NCBI GenBank assembly: GCA_032128875.1
Contig: JAVLKG010000002.1
Span: forward strand, 256,001-320,000
From: Candidatus Melainabacteria bacterium 17Bon1m
GTDB taxonomy: Bacteria; Cyanobacteriota; Vampirovibrionia; Obscuribacterales; Obscuribacteraceae
Direction of reading: 5' to 3'
DNA: 64,000 bases
Position numbers and translations under genes: made by a program
Shown here: positions 9,553 to 19,265 of the stretch, piece after piece
Layout: the number at the start of each line of letters is the position of its first letter
Numbering within the stretch: position 1 is the first letter of the stretch
The notes under the pieces: model-generated
What the model saw: only the letters and a program-made list of their open reading frames with translations
What the model was told of the DNA's origin: nothing
Database searches by the model: none

Positions 9553-10983
9553 CTAACTCATTGGGACAAACTTGAATGCGACAGCCAGGCAAAGCCCGGC
9601 TATCGTCGCCAGCCAGGCGTACGGTGCTGTTTTTCTCAAAAGTGTCTGTGTATCTGTGCCAAGATAAGTCGCAATCCAGATGTTGTGCGTGTTGGTTGGA
9701 TCGCAAATTCCCTGAATTTGCCCGACGGACATGAGCATTCCCATAATCGCGCTTGATGCAAGGCTAGTCGATTTCTGAATCAAAGCGACCAAGCCGCTGC
9801 CCATTCCCCACAGACTGAGTGGCCCGCGATAGAGCGCGAGTGGGGCGGCAAGTGTGAATATCACTACGTAAGGTATCGCTGTGGTTGGTACAACCTGCTT
9901 TACGATTGGTTCTATCGCGCTTGCGATATTCGGGTGGCGCACCGCAGTGATTAGCATGCCGATGCCGACCATCAGCACTACTGCAGGTATTACCGAGCTG
10001 ATTCCATCGATGATAGAGCGAGTTAGCACGGTGATTGAATCGCGCTTCCAGGTAGTTAGTACACCGTATGTGATACCGGCGAGAAACGCTGGTATGAAAT
10101 CCCAGTGGCAGACAAGAACAAGTATAAGTGGAGTAATCGGGGTAAACAATGCGAGACCGGAAATGCCTTCTTCTTCTTTTCGAACGTGCCTTACCACGGC
10201 CAGAATAATCAAACCGACAAATATTGCCGATACGATTGATGAGGCTACGGGATCCGCCGCCGTTACGGCTTTAGCTGCTGTCGGTGTGTCCGCTCTTTGC
10301 GACAGAATTGGAAAAGCGAAAAACTCGACTATCAGCGCAAGCGCGAGGTATTTCAGGTTGCGCCAATTTCTCAGCTCGACCACGAGGAAGGTCACCACAA
10401 TCAATGCGATGATTGCTGCGAACGGCACAACAAAGCTGATGATCGAGCTTGGATCCAGATGAAGGACATCCATGTAGAGAGCCCATCCGGCGATATTGAA
10501 CATCCCTCCTAAGCTGATGCCGAAAAGAAAGAGAGCGCCGGCAGTTACACTGGAAATGCTCAGTGAGAGCAATGCTGGAAGCACGATTGTGCCGACCATG
10601 ATGACTGCACCCAGTCCACCGAGGGTCGAAAAGAGAAGGGCGGTAACAAGTGTCATCACTAGCCCAAGAACGAATTGATTGTCCCCCGAGAATTCAGCCA
10701 CCCAGCGAATCAGTGATTTTGCGATACCTTGCTTGTTCATCAAGTCGGCAAGCACAGCACCGAACATTGTCGTTGTGTATGCAGCGTGCATCTTTATGGC
10801 GCCCTGGTTGATAACGTCGGAGAGAATCTCCTTCTCCGGGATACCAGAGAGTATTGCCATCAGGATTGCCATCACCGGTAAAGCCAAAAGCGCAGATATG
10901 CGACGGCTATACATCAGCATCGCCATCACCGCAAAAACGGCAAGACAGGCGATTCCAACTAACGCGTGATTTGATTCCGGCAC
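9553..10983 (-). CDS. Ion-transporter-superfamily membrane transporter (citrate/GntP-like)
   Basis: 476 aa with about 12 or more TM segments; 10 bp from the hydantoinase gene. Confidence 0.75.
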   Translation of the reverse strand: MPESNHALVGIACLAVFAVMAMLMYSRRISALLALPVMAILMAILSGIPEKEILSDVINQGAIKMHAAYTTTMFGAVLADLMNKQGIAKSLIRWVAEFSGDNQFVLGLVMTLVTALLFSTLGGLGAVIMVGTIVLPALLSLSISSVTAGALFLFGISLGGMFNIAGWALYMDVLHLDPSSIISFVVPFAAIIALIVVTFLVVELRNWRNLKYLALALIVEFFAFPILSQRADTPTAAKAVTAADPVASSIVSAIFVGLIILAVVRHVRKEEEGISGLALFTPITPLILVLVCHWDFIPAFLAGITYGVLTTWKRDSITVLTRSIIDGISSVIPAVVLMVGIGMLITAVRHPNIASAIEPIVKQVVPTTAIPYVVIFTLAAPLALYRGPLSLWGMGSGLVALIQKSTSLASSAIMGMLMSVGQIQGICDPTNTHNIWIATYLGTDTQTLLRKTAPYAWLATIAGLCLAVAFKFVPMS

Positions 10984-11045
10984 AGAAAAATTCGATTACT
11001 ACATGCGTAATGATCTTCTGTTTAAAACATCTCTGTCAAGTAGAT

Positions 11046-13841
11046 CTACTTGCTTGGAAATGCGTCAAGCATTTTTTCTTCTTGCTTACTCTCTTTCATC
11101 AGCGCGTTGTAGCCGTTTAGGAGCTTCTTCTTTAGAGAGTCAGGCGCAGTAGGTTGTGAAGCTAAAGTTTCAAATGCTTTCTGATAAAGACCTTCTGCGT
11201 TTGCATAGTCCGAACTGTGATGTTTGAGCACTGCCAGATTGCGAATCAGTTCAACCTTCTCCAGCTGGTCGAAATCCGCCAACTGGTCGCTGTATTCGAT
11301 TACTGTCGGAAGTAAGTCTTCGAGATCGCTTCTCTTCTGAGCTACAAGGTATATGTCGCATAGGTCTAGGTACGACTTGAGGATGTCGCGCTTGTCGTAA
11401 GGGCGGCTGCGGGTCAAGATAGCGATGGAGCGCTTTAGCTTTGCCTCCCCGTTGTTAGCCAGCTTTTTTAACTCTTCTGCTGCAGTTGGTGAGAAGCCTG
11501 AGTCCTTAAGCCTCTTCTCGAACGAGACAATGGCAAGGATGTCGATCAGGTCATTTTCTGCCGATAAACGCAAGGACTGTGCGATCGCCCAATACTGGCT
11601 CGGTAGCTGATTTCGCAGTATGGGAAGCAACGAATTGATTTTCTTGCTGCTTTCCTTTTGACGCTGACTCATCAAATCAAGTGTTGCCGCCGTGAGCAAT
11701 TTGAGAGTCTCTGGCCCGGAGGCAGCCGCTTCGTGTGTCGATTGCTGGATCGCTTTGAGGGCGTCTTCTCTTCTATTCATCTGCCAGTAAAAACAACCCA
11801 AAGCATATTTGAGCAGGGCTCTGTCACGTGTGAGCACGTCCGACTCTTCGCTCATTGCATTGCTCGTAGCTGCCAGCAGATTTGCAGCCTCTCTGGACTT
11901 TCCGATGCCGGCAAGATACTGAGCTTGCTTTACCAGCAGCTCAGCGAAGTCAGGAACCTTACTGATCATCAGCATCTTGATGTGGTTGTTCGCTTGCTCG
12001 AAAAGCTTCAGCGCCTCCCCTTCGGTTGGGGCTGAGAGTGCCAGGTCGGTGGAGGTTGCGGCAATTTTCATCGCCGCCAGCTTTTGATCATCGCTCAGGT
12101 GAATGGAACTTTTTGCTTCAGGACTCTCTGCTGCACTGAACTTCTGAAGCTCTGCAAGCATCTCTTCGCGTGTGGGAGTAGGTTGCAATTTTTGCAGCTG
12201 CTCTTTGTATTGGGCGCTTGCATCCTTGAAATTTACGCCGTCAGAAATTCTGCCGTGATTGAAATTCATAATCACGAAAGAAAGGTCGATCAGATGTTCG
12301 AGCGTGGTGCTCATGATTAAATTGCTGTTGTCATCTTTGATATCATTAGCGCTTCGCAAGGCTTTTCGGAAGTAATCATGGGCTGAAAAGTAATTACCGC
12401 GGTCGAAGTATGTTTCTCCCGTGTGCATGTCATCTTGCCAGCAGGCAAGCTCTTTTGACGTCTGAGACATTACGGAGATAGAGATGGGTCTGTCGTTGTC
12501 TCGCTTTTTGATACCGCTGTAGACGTCGTAAATTTCTTTTGCTGTGAATGCAACGACAAGAAGCAAAGCTGCTCCAGCCAGTATTTTTCGCTTGCTGAGA
12601 GGCATCTTGCCGTCGGATTTTTTTTCTTGTATCGTGTCGGCGAGTTTTTTCGCAGTGCTGGCGACAGGTCTCACGCCGGATTGCGCTGCTTTCATGTCAT
12701 CAGCGGCCTTTTTCACTTCGGCGGCCTTTCGTGCGCTTGCAGCATTCTTCGACTCTTGCGCTGCCGCGGCTGCAGCTGCTCGTCCGCCCGCGATCAGAGC
12801 TTTTTCCGCATCGTCCCGTGCTTTTGATTCTCGATGTGCGATCTTGAGTTTTTCAAAAATTGGCTCAAGGTCTTCAGAAACATCGCCCATTGTCTGATAT
12901 CGATCTTTGCGCGCCTTTTCCAATAATTTCGATAAGACCAAATCAAGTTCTTTTGCGCTGCTCAAATCGGGGCGGACTTGCGCTAAAGGCTTGTGTGAGT
13001 CGTTGAAGTGCATGCCTACAGTGTCTGCAAAATCGACCCCGATAAATGGGGCTTTGCCGGTCAAAAGTTCGTAGAACATACATCCGAGAGAGTACATGTC
13101 CGAGCGCTCATCCAGCCGTTCTCCCCGGCACTGCTCGGGGCTCATGTAGAGCGGGCTGCCAAAGACTTCGCCTGTTTCGGTCAAACGCTGGCCATCTAAT
13201 TCTTCTACTTTTGCGATCCCGAAATCGATGATTTTTACAACTTCTGCGCCGGTGTCCGGATCTTCGACGATCATAACGTTGCTGGGTTTGAGATCGCGGT
13301 GGACCACTCCTTTGTTGTGGGCGTGCCGAAGCGCTTCTATGCACTGCTTGATGATTGAGACTGCTCTGAAGGCGGGCAACGCTTTTTTCGGCGCCATTAC
13401 GTCAGACAAGGAAACGCCTTGCAGGAAGTCCATGACGAGATATGGTTCGGCGCTATCTGCGTCACCAAATTCATAAACCTTGATCAAATTCGGGTGGTCG
13501 AGCTTGCTGAGCGCGATTCCTTCTTGGACAAAACGCGCCCGAGCCTTTTTGTCCAGCTTTCGCTTGTATGCTAAAACCTTGACCGCCACATGTCTCTTCA
13601 GGTTGCGGTCATAAGCTTTATAAACCGCGCTCATGCCTCCTTTGCCGACCATCTCAAGGATTTGATAGTTCTTCCCGAACATCATTCCGGGATTCAAATC
13701 GCGCGAAGGATTAGTCGCGCCGAGCATAGGCACCATCACTGTCGACTTTGAATCATCTTGACTATCGGTGGTCGTGTCAAAGTCGGCGCCAGCTTTAGGC
13801 TTTTCGCCGTCACGAATCTGTTTTTCAGGGATGTCTGGCAC
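11046..13841 (-). CDS. Membrane Ser/Thr protein kinase with C-terminal TPR-like region
   Basis: GKGGMSAVY, VAVK, HRDLKPSN, DFG, GSPLYMSPEQ; one TM (ILAGAALLLVVAF); helical repeats after it. Confidence 0.93.
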   Translation of the reverse strand: MPDIPEKQIRDGEKPKAGADFDTTTDSQDDSKSTVMVPMLGATNPSRDLNPGMMFGKNYQILEMVGKGGMSAVYKAYDRNLKRHVAVKVLAYKRKLDKKARARFVQEGIALSKLDHPNLIKVYEFGDADSAEPYLVMDFLQGVSLSDVMAPKKALPAFRAVSIIKQCIEALRHAHNKGVVHRDLKPSNVMIVEDPDTGAEVVKIIDFGIAKVEELDGQRLTETGEVFGSPLYMSPEQCRGERLDERSDMYSLGCMFYELLTGKAPFIGVDFADTVGMHFNDSHKPLAQVRPDLSSAKELDLVLSKLLEKARKDRYQTMGDVSEDLEPIFEKLKIAHRESKARDDAEKALIAGGRAAAAAAAQESKNAASARKAAEVKKAADDMKAAQSGVRPVASTAKKLADTIQEKKSDGKMPLSKRKILAGAALLLVVAFTAKEIYDVYSGIKKRDNDRPISISVMSQTSKELACWQDDMHTGETYFDRGNYFSAHDYFRKALRSANDIKDDNSNLIMSTTLEHLIDLSFVIMNFNHGRISDGVNFKDASAQYKEQLQKLQPTPTREEMLAELQKFSAAESPEAKSSIHLSDDQKLAAMKIAATSTDLALSAPTEGEALKLFEQANNHIKMLMISKVPDFAELLVKQAQYLAGIGKSREAANLLAATSNAMSEESDVLTRDRALLKYALGCFYWQMNRREDALKAIQQSTHEAAASGPETLKLLTAATLDLMSQRQKESSKKINSLLPILRNQLPSQYWAIAQSLRLSAENDLIDILAIVSFEKRLKDSGFSPTAAEELKKLANNGEAKLKRSIAILTRSRPYDKRDILKSYLDLCDIYLVAQKRSDLEDLLPTVIEYSDQLADFDQLEKVELIRNLAVLKHHSSDYANAEGLYQKAFETLASQPTAPDSLKKKLLNGYNALMKESKQEEKMLDAFPSK

Positions 13842-14003
13842 CGAACTTAGTAATCTCCCTCAGATACGCTGCACGTACCTGTACCCCTTCAATGTTCTAC
13901 CCTAAAACAGTCGATTTGAGTGTTTTTTGTGCTAATCATATGAAAGGCCATGATTTGGTAACTAAAATAAAAAGACCCATCAACCTGATGTTTCTGATTT
14001 GAA

Positions 14004-14369
14004 ATGAGCATCGCCACATTCTTCGTTTTTCACTTCGTGCAGATCGTTCTGGTCGAATCGATCGTCATGTGGCGTCTCAAATGGGGTACTTACCGGCATT
14101 CGCTGGTCGATGCGCTGATGATGAATTTTGCCTCTATTCTTGGGCTACTTCTGGGACTGGCGCCCTTGATCCGAGGAGCTGGTCCATTCGGTCTCATGCT
14201 CTTTTGCACGTACAGTTTGATGGTTGAAACAGTAACTCTGATGCTGCTCGAGCGGCACCCCTGGAGAAAAGTGGTAAGCACGGTTTTGATTGCGAATCTG
14301 TGCAGTTGTGTTCTTCTGGCTGGTGAGAGTTTCATGAACTGGGCTGACTTCTCGGGACTTTTTCGATGA
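14004..14369 (+). CDS. Small ~4-TM hypothetical membrane protein
   Basis: 121 aa hydrophobic ORF, ATGA overlap with the next gene. Confidence 0.7.
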   Translation: MSIATFFVFHFVQIVLVESIVMWRLKWGTYRHSLVDALMMNFASILGLLLGLAPLIRGAGPFGLMLFCTYSLMVETVTLMLLERHPWRKVVSTVLIANLCSCVLLAGESFMNWADFSGLFR

Positions 14370-15757
14370 TTTCGCCTGAACGTTCGGCGCTGTTTTTCCT
14401 TCCGATAATTTTTCTCTCTGCATGCTCCGCTGATTCTGGAGAGTTGTCCGAGTCCCGCTGGCAGCAGGCCTATGAAAGCGGCATCGCTGCAAAAGACTCA
14501 GGCGATTTGGACAAAGCCGAAGAGAATTTCCGAGCTTCACTTGAGGCTTTGCATGGGCAACAGCCGACTCAGAAAACGGCTGATTCGAACTTGGCCCTGG
14601 CTAGTGTGCTTTTAGAAAAACATGATTGTGCCGCGGCGCTACCCAGTGCACAAGATGCGATGAATTTTTTTAAGGGGAAGTGGAAGCCACTAAAAGCCTC
14701 TTCTTCACTGGATGAGAGTGGCAAAAGTTATTTGAATTCGATGCTTGTTGTTGGCCGCGCACTGAATTGCCAACATCGTTATGCAGAGTCGTTGCCGCTG
14801 CTAAAGAGAATTCGCACGCTGCAAGAGCATGTCATTGTTCCTGTTAAATTCAATCATGATCTCAACGATGCCTTGAGGCAGGCTTTGGAAGCCGTTGGAG
14901 AAGACGCGGAAGCGCGTCGGTTGCGTGAAGAAATTCGCTCGACAGAGTCCTCGGCGGCTTCCGGTTATCTGGGAGACGTCAGTGCGTTACGCTATGATGA
15001 CGCTCTTAGGGAGGGTAAAAGCGCACTTCAAGGTGGCAATTTTGCGTCAGCGGAAAAGCTCTTGCAACAAGCTGTGGAGACTGCCAAAAAGGAAGACAGG
15101 CATTCTATGAAAACTGCCGAAGCATTGCTTTGGCTTGGAGATTTATATTCTTCAAAAGGGCGTTACGCAGTGGCAAAGCCAATGTTGGAAGAGGCTCTTT
15201 CCATTGCCCGAAAGAAGTTGCCGAAAAACGATCGTGATTTGAAGGACTATATGCAACGACTTGCTAGTGTTTGTGCGAATCAGAATGACTGGAAAAGAGC
15301 GATGGCACTGGATGAGGAAGCGTTGACTCTTATCTTTGCTGAAGAATATGGGCACGATAGACGCGCGCATCGCTCTAGAGATTTGATGGACGCGCTCATT
15401 GATATTTATAAGAAAGCGGGTTTGCTCGATAAAGCTGAGAAGATGGCGCATCGCAAAATCGCCATTGAGGAAGTGGCCTACGGCAAGGACAGTCGAAAAG
15501 TCGGTGTTAGCTTGTGCATGTTGGCGGAAGTCATGGCGCAGAAGAAGAACTTCAAAGAAGCTGAGAAATACTTCGAACAGTCACTCGAAATTTTGAAGAA
15601 CAACAGCAAGACTGATCCTCCCGAGCTGAGCAAAATTTTCAGGTCTTACGGCAACTATTTGGACAAAAAGGGCGATAAAGTGCGCGCAAAAAAATTGCGT
15701 GACGAAGAGGATGCTATGAACACTGAGTTTGTCGGCGATTTGAGCGGAAAAGAATAA
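14366..15757 (+). CDS. TPR-repeat lipoprotein
   Basis: Lipobox-like FLSAC; multiple TPR motifs (ALLWLGDLYSSKGRYAVAKPMLEEAL; LAEVMAQKKNFKEAEKYFEQSL). Confidence 0.88.
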   Translation: MISPERSALFFLPIIFLSACSADSGELSESRWQQAYESGIAAKDSGDLDKAEENFRASLEALHGQQPTQKTADSNLALASVLLEKHDCAAALPSAQDAMNFFKGKWKPLKASSSLDESGKSYLNSMLVVGRALNCQHRYAESLPLLKRIRTLQEHVIVPVKFNHDLNDALRQALEAVGEDAEARRLREEIRSTESSAASGYLGDVSALRYDDALREGKSALQGGNFASAEKLLQQAVETAKKEDRHSMKTAEALLWLGDLYSSKGRYAVAKPMLEEALSIARKKLPKNDRDLKDYMQRLASVCANQNDWKRAMALDEEALTLIFAEEYGHDRRAHRSRDLMDALIDIYKKAGLLDKAEKMAHRKIAIEEVAYGKDSRKVGVSLCMLAEVMAQKKNFKEAEKYFEQSLEILKNNSKTDPPELSKIFRSYGNYLDKKGDKVRAKKLRDEEDAMNTEFVGDLSGKE

Positions 15758-15857
15758 GAAAAACGACCGTTGTCAAGCCCAGGACCGGCTTTGCGGTTGA
15801 TGATGGGGTCAACGGGGCATAAAAAGCAGGTCAGGCCATTTATAACGGGCGCTCATT

Positions 15858-17468
15858 ATGCTTAAAAAGACGAGTTTAGCATCCAAGACATTGCAGAAAC
15901 TTCCGGCTGCGCCAGGGCTTTCGGAGATTCACCACTTTCTGTCGGTAGCAATGGAGCAACGGGGGAGGCAGGTTGAGATCACCTGGGCAACGCCCGATAA
16001 AATGATGGATTTCTCGCTCAACATCCACTGCCCGATAAAAGGCGGCGATACCAACTGGAAGTTGTTCTTGGGGACTGGTCAAGGCGCTGAGCTTTTGTGG
16101 GATTACAGAAGTTGCGACGTGCTGCTCGTTTATAACCTGATTGTTTCCTCGTGCGGCGAAGTACACCAGAGCATTCAAGCTGAAGGTGCGATTACTGTCT
16201 CCGAGTCATTCCGCGACGCATCCAGAAAACGCGATACTTATTTCATGCAGGCAAGCCGGTCGCTCGGCGACGGTGATATGGCCAAGGTTTCGGCCGTAGG
16301 ATTGCAAGACAACTCCTGGTCAAAGGGCACGCAGGAGATGCAGGGCGAGCTGAGCCTTGTTCCGACATCAACATTGTTGCAGTCGATTTTGCTTTCCAAG
16401 ACTACCGGCAAACTTGTTATCAGCAGTCAGAAGGACAATGTACAGATTTATTTTGTCGAAGGTCGAGCCGTTTATGCGGAGGGGCTTGGACAGTCAGGCG
16501 ACGAGTGCTTGCTAGAACTGATGTCTCTGCGCGACGGCAAATACAACTTTGAGCCGCGTGCGCGTACAGAAAAGCAAAATGTGGTTACTGATCTCGAAAC
16601 TCTCATCGTTCGCGGTGTTCAGCTAACAGACAGCATCACTTATCTTCGTCACGCAGGAGTTGCGCCTGAATCGATTCTATTGAAGGCGCGCAAAGATACG
16701 ACTGAGTTTGAACTCTCTTCGAGCATCGAAGGCAATCAAGCAATCAACGGCGAAGCTATGCTTCAGCTCTACATAGCTATCGATGATCGCTCGATGCTCA
16801 AGCAGGTTACACGCATGGCCGAACTCAAAAAGAGTGAATGGGTGCCCGTGTTGTGTCACTTGATTGAGAAGGACTTTGTTACGTTCTCCAATGAGCACGT
16901 TAAATCGAAAAGTGAAAGATCAAACCTGCAGGGCAAGCAGATTGATACGTCCCTCATTCACAGTGTGATGATGACCTTGCGTCGACCAGAAACCGGCATG
17001 TTCACTTATCCGGCGTTCTTGTACTTCTTAGAGCAAGAATATTTTCGAGCATATCGCTCCAGTAGCCCTCTTTCGATTATTCTCTTGGAGATGCGCTTGG
17101 TTGGTGCACCACCCAATTTTGGACGTGATCCGTTGGACGTCGGAGCGGCGGCTGAAGCCTTCCGTCGTATCAGCAAAATCAAACGACATATCGATATGGT
17201 TTGCCACTATGACACTTATGATTATGGTCTGATTTTGCCGAATACAAGGACCGCCGGTGCCAACATATTTGCTCGCAGAATTTTGAAAGCACTAACGAGT
17301 GCGCCGCTACCTGGTATAGATAACAATCGACTCTCAATTGTTATGGGCATCGCCACAGTCCCTGATGATTGTGTCGACCTGGCCGTGTTGCTTTCGGCAG
17401 CAGAAGCTGCCAAATCGCAAGCGGTGAAAACGGTATCGCCTATAGTGCTCTATCAGGATGTTGTTTAA
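15858..17468 (+). CDS. DUF4388 (PATAN-like) domain + degenerate GGDEF protein
   Basis: GELSLV..LLQSILLSKTTGKLVI..IYFVEGRAVYA (DUF4388-like); PETGMF..EYFRAYR..RHIDMVCHYDTYDYGLILP GGDEF fold. Confidence 0.8.
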   Translation: MLKKTSLASKTLQKLPAAPGLSEIHHFLSVAMEQRGRQVEITWATPDKMMDFSLNIHCPIKGGDTNWKLFLGTGQGAELLWDYRSCDVLLVYNLIVSSCGEVHQSIQAEGAITVSESFRDASRKRDTYFMQASRSLGDGDMAKVSAVGLQDNSWSKGTQEMQGELSLVPTSTLLQSILLSKTTGKLVISSQKDNVQIYFVEGRAVYAEGLGQSGDECLLELMSLRDGKYNFEPRARTEKQNVVTDLETLIVRGVQLTDSITYLRHAGVAPESILLKARKDTTEFELSSSIEGNQAINGEAMLQLYIAIDDRSMLKQVTRMAELKKSEWVPVLCHLIEKDFVTFSNEHVKSKSERSNLQGKQIDTSLIHSVMMTLRRPETGMFTYPAFLYFLEQEYFRAYRSSSPLSIILLEMRLVGAPPNFGRDPLDVGAAAEAFRRISKIKRHIDMVCHYDTYDYGLILPNTRTAGANIFARRILKALTSAPLPGIDNNRLSIVMGIATVPDDCVDLAVLLSAAEAAKSQAVKTVSPIVLYQDVV

Positions 17469-17519
17469 ACATTCTGAGCAGGAAAACCTTTAGAACAGAC
17501 CAAAGAGGAATGGCACCAG

Positions 17520-18101
17520 ATGCCCAAGGTAACTAACCAACTCGGTTTGCTTTTGCTGGAATCCGGCTTTCTCACAGATGAAGACATTGAGGCAGCTGAA
17601 AAACGCGCATCCTCGACGGGTCTTCCGCTTGGCCGTATGCTTGTTTTAAGCGACAAAATTGATGAGAAACTATTGGAACAAGTGCTGGAGACAATGATCC
17701 ACCTTCGAGATAATGCGATGTTCACTGAAGGTGATGCGCTAGAGGTTCTCGGAATGCTCAAGAGTGCGAAGGATGGAACAATCAAGGACGTGGATCAGGC
17801 GCAGCTCAGAGCGTTCTTTTCAAAGAAAGGTCGTCAAATGCGTGTAGGAGAGCTTCTCGTGCGTTCCGGTTTGGTCACCGACACCGATGTTATGAACGCA
17901 GTCGAAGAGGGGCTTGCAACACGCCGGAAGGTTGGACAGGTTCTCGTCGGCAATTCGTACACTACCAACGAAGCAGTCGACATGGCACTGAGTTTGTTGG
18001 ACGGTGTTCGCTCTGGCGATATTGATGTTTCCGAAGCTGCGAAGAATTTGCGCGAAGCACACAGCTATCCTGAGACGGATGAAGATGAAGACGACAAATG
18101 A
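17520..18101 (+). CDS. Stand-alone protein with two MshEN-like domains
   Basis: QLGLLLLESGFLTDEDIEAA..PLGRMLV and RVGELLVRSGLVTDTDV..KVGQVLV. Confidence 0.75.
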   Translation: MPKVTNQLGLLLLESGFLTDEDIEAAEKRASSTGLPLGRMLVLSDKIDEKLLEQVLETMIHLRDNAMFTEGDALEVLGMLKSAKDGTIKDVDQAQLRAFFSKKGRQMRVGELLVRSGLVTDTDVMNAVEEGLATRRKVGQVLVGNSYTTNEAVDMALSLLDGVRSGDIDVSEAAKNLREAHSYPETDEDEDDK

Positions 18102-18152
18102 TTTTGCGCTCGCATTTCGTTTTTAGAGCGAGCCGATTATTCAAGAAACTAA

Positions 18153-18179
18153 CAAGCTCCCCTCACTGAGGGGAGCTTG
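18153..18179. terminator. Hairpin terminator between convergent genes
   Basis: CAAGCTCCCCTCA-C-TGAGGGGAGCTTG. Confidence 0.75.
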
Positions 18180-18208
18180 CTGTTTCCACGAGTTCACGCA
18201 GTGTGGAA

Positions 18209-18991
18209 TTAATTCCAGCCTCTGTAGCCACCGTATCCACCATAGCCATTGCCGTATGCGGTCGGGTAGTTAGGTGTGCGGAGGGCCGATGCGATCAGAC
18301 TGTCGAGTTTTCTCAGACTGTCGTTCATCTTATCGAATTCTTTGTCATCAAATCTGTTGTTGCTGCGAGCAAGTCTGTCGAGCTTTTTCTCTTGATCTGC
18401 GAGACGATCTTTGAACAGGTTGTACTCATTAATAGAAAGACGACGTTGCAATTTTCCTGTCTCGACTTTGCTGCGCATATTGCTGATATCGTTGCGCACT
18501 TGTGTCACAGCAGACATGAAACGCCTGTTGTTGAATCTGTCACCGAATCTGCCACCGAATCTATCGTCAAAGCGATTGCCATATCCCCAGCCACCAGGTG
18601 CGGTGGCAATAAAGCGGTCGACACGATTGTCTATGCTGGCGAATCTATCGGTCAGTGTACGGGCTTCCGATACACTCAGGTATCCATCAGCTTCGTATGA
18701 TGCTTGAAGATTTACCAGCCCTGCCAATTCGGTGCGCAGGGAAGCAGCTTGTGATGCGTTGATTCTTCCGGACGTGAGAGCGTATGAAATGTTTGCTTCG
18801 ATCTCATTGCGTTTGCTTTGGAAGTGAGTGCGTGCGAACGATTGTGGGTTGCGGAGATTGGTGACGTTTACACCGAGCGTGTTTTGAAAGAAGTCGACCA
18901 GATCATTTGCATGTGATGGTTGTACGAAAGTAAATGCCGAGGCAATTGCTATAAGTGATGCAGCTCCAGCCAGTTTTTTCGAAATACGCAT
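18209..18991 (-). CDS. Secreted hypothetical protein with helical repeats and a Gly/Tyr-rich tail
   Basis: GGAGGAGG SD before the ATG at 18991 (MRISKKLAGAASLIAIASA signal peptide); ORF track start 19222 is probably too early. Confidence 0.8.
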   Translation of the reverse strand: MRISKKLAGAASLIAIASAFTFVQPSHANDLVDFFQNTLGVNVTNLRNPQSFARTHFQSKRNEIEANISYALTSGRINASQAASLRTELAGLVNLQASYEADGYLSVSEARTLTDRFASIDNRVDRFIATAPGGWGYGNRFDDRFGGRFGDRFNNRRFMSAVTQVRNDISNMRSKVETGKLQRRLSINEYNLFKDRLADQEKKLDRLARSNNRFDDKEFDKMNDSLRKLDSLIASALRTPNYPTAYGNGYGGYGGYRGWN

Positions 18992-19265
18992 AATTCCTCC
19001 TCCGTCCAAAGGCTTCGCTACAGAAGCTTCAAACGGTGTAATTGTGTTGTGTAAGGCGCGCTCAAATCGGCGATGAGTAAATTGACGACCTTCCAAATTT
19101 TTGGTTCCCAACAGGTGCCGGGCTGTGGTGCGTAACCTAAAAATGTGATTATTACTAGGCTTTTCAGTCTTCCGTTTCACAAAATGAAGTCTGCTTTTGA
19201 GTACAATTCTTTCTCCAACCAATTAATTAGCGTCTAGAAGCAGATTTGAACGGAAAAATTCAATA

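Noticed and set aside
15770-15857. SAH riboswitch-like tail (AACGGGCGCTCA) before the DUF4388 gene
   Set aside because: The upstream GAGGAGCG..TGC / CAGGCTC core is absent and the gene context does not fit
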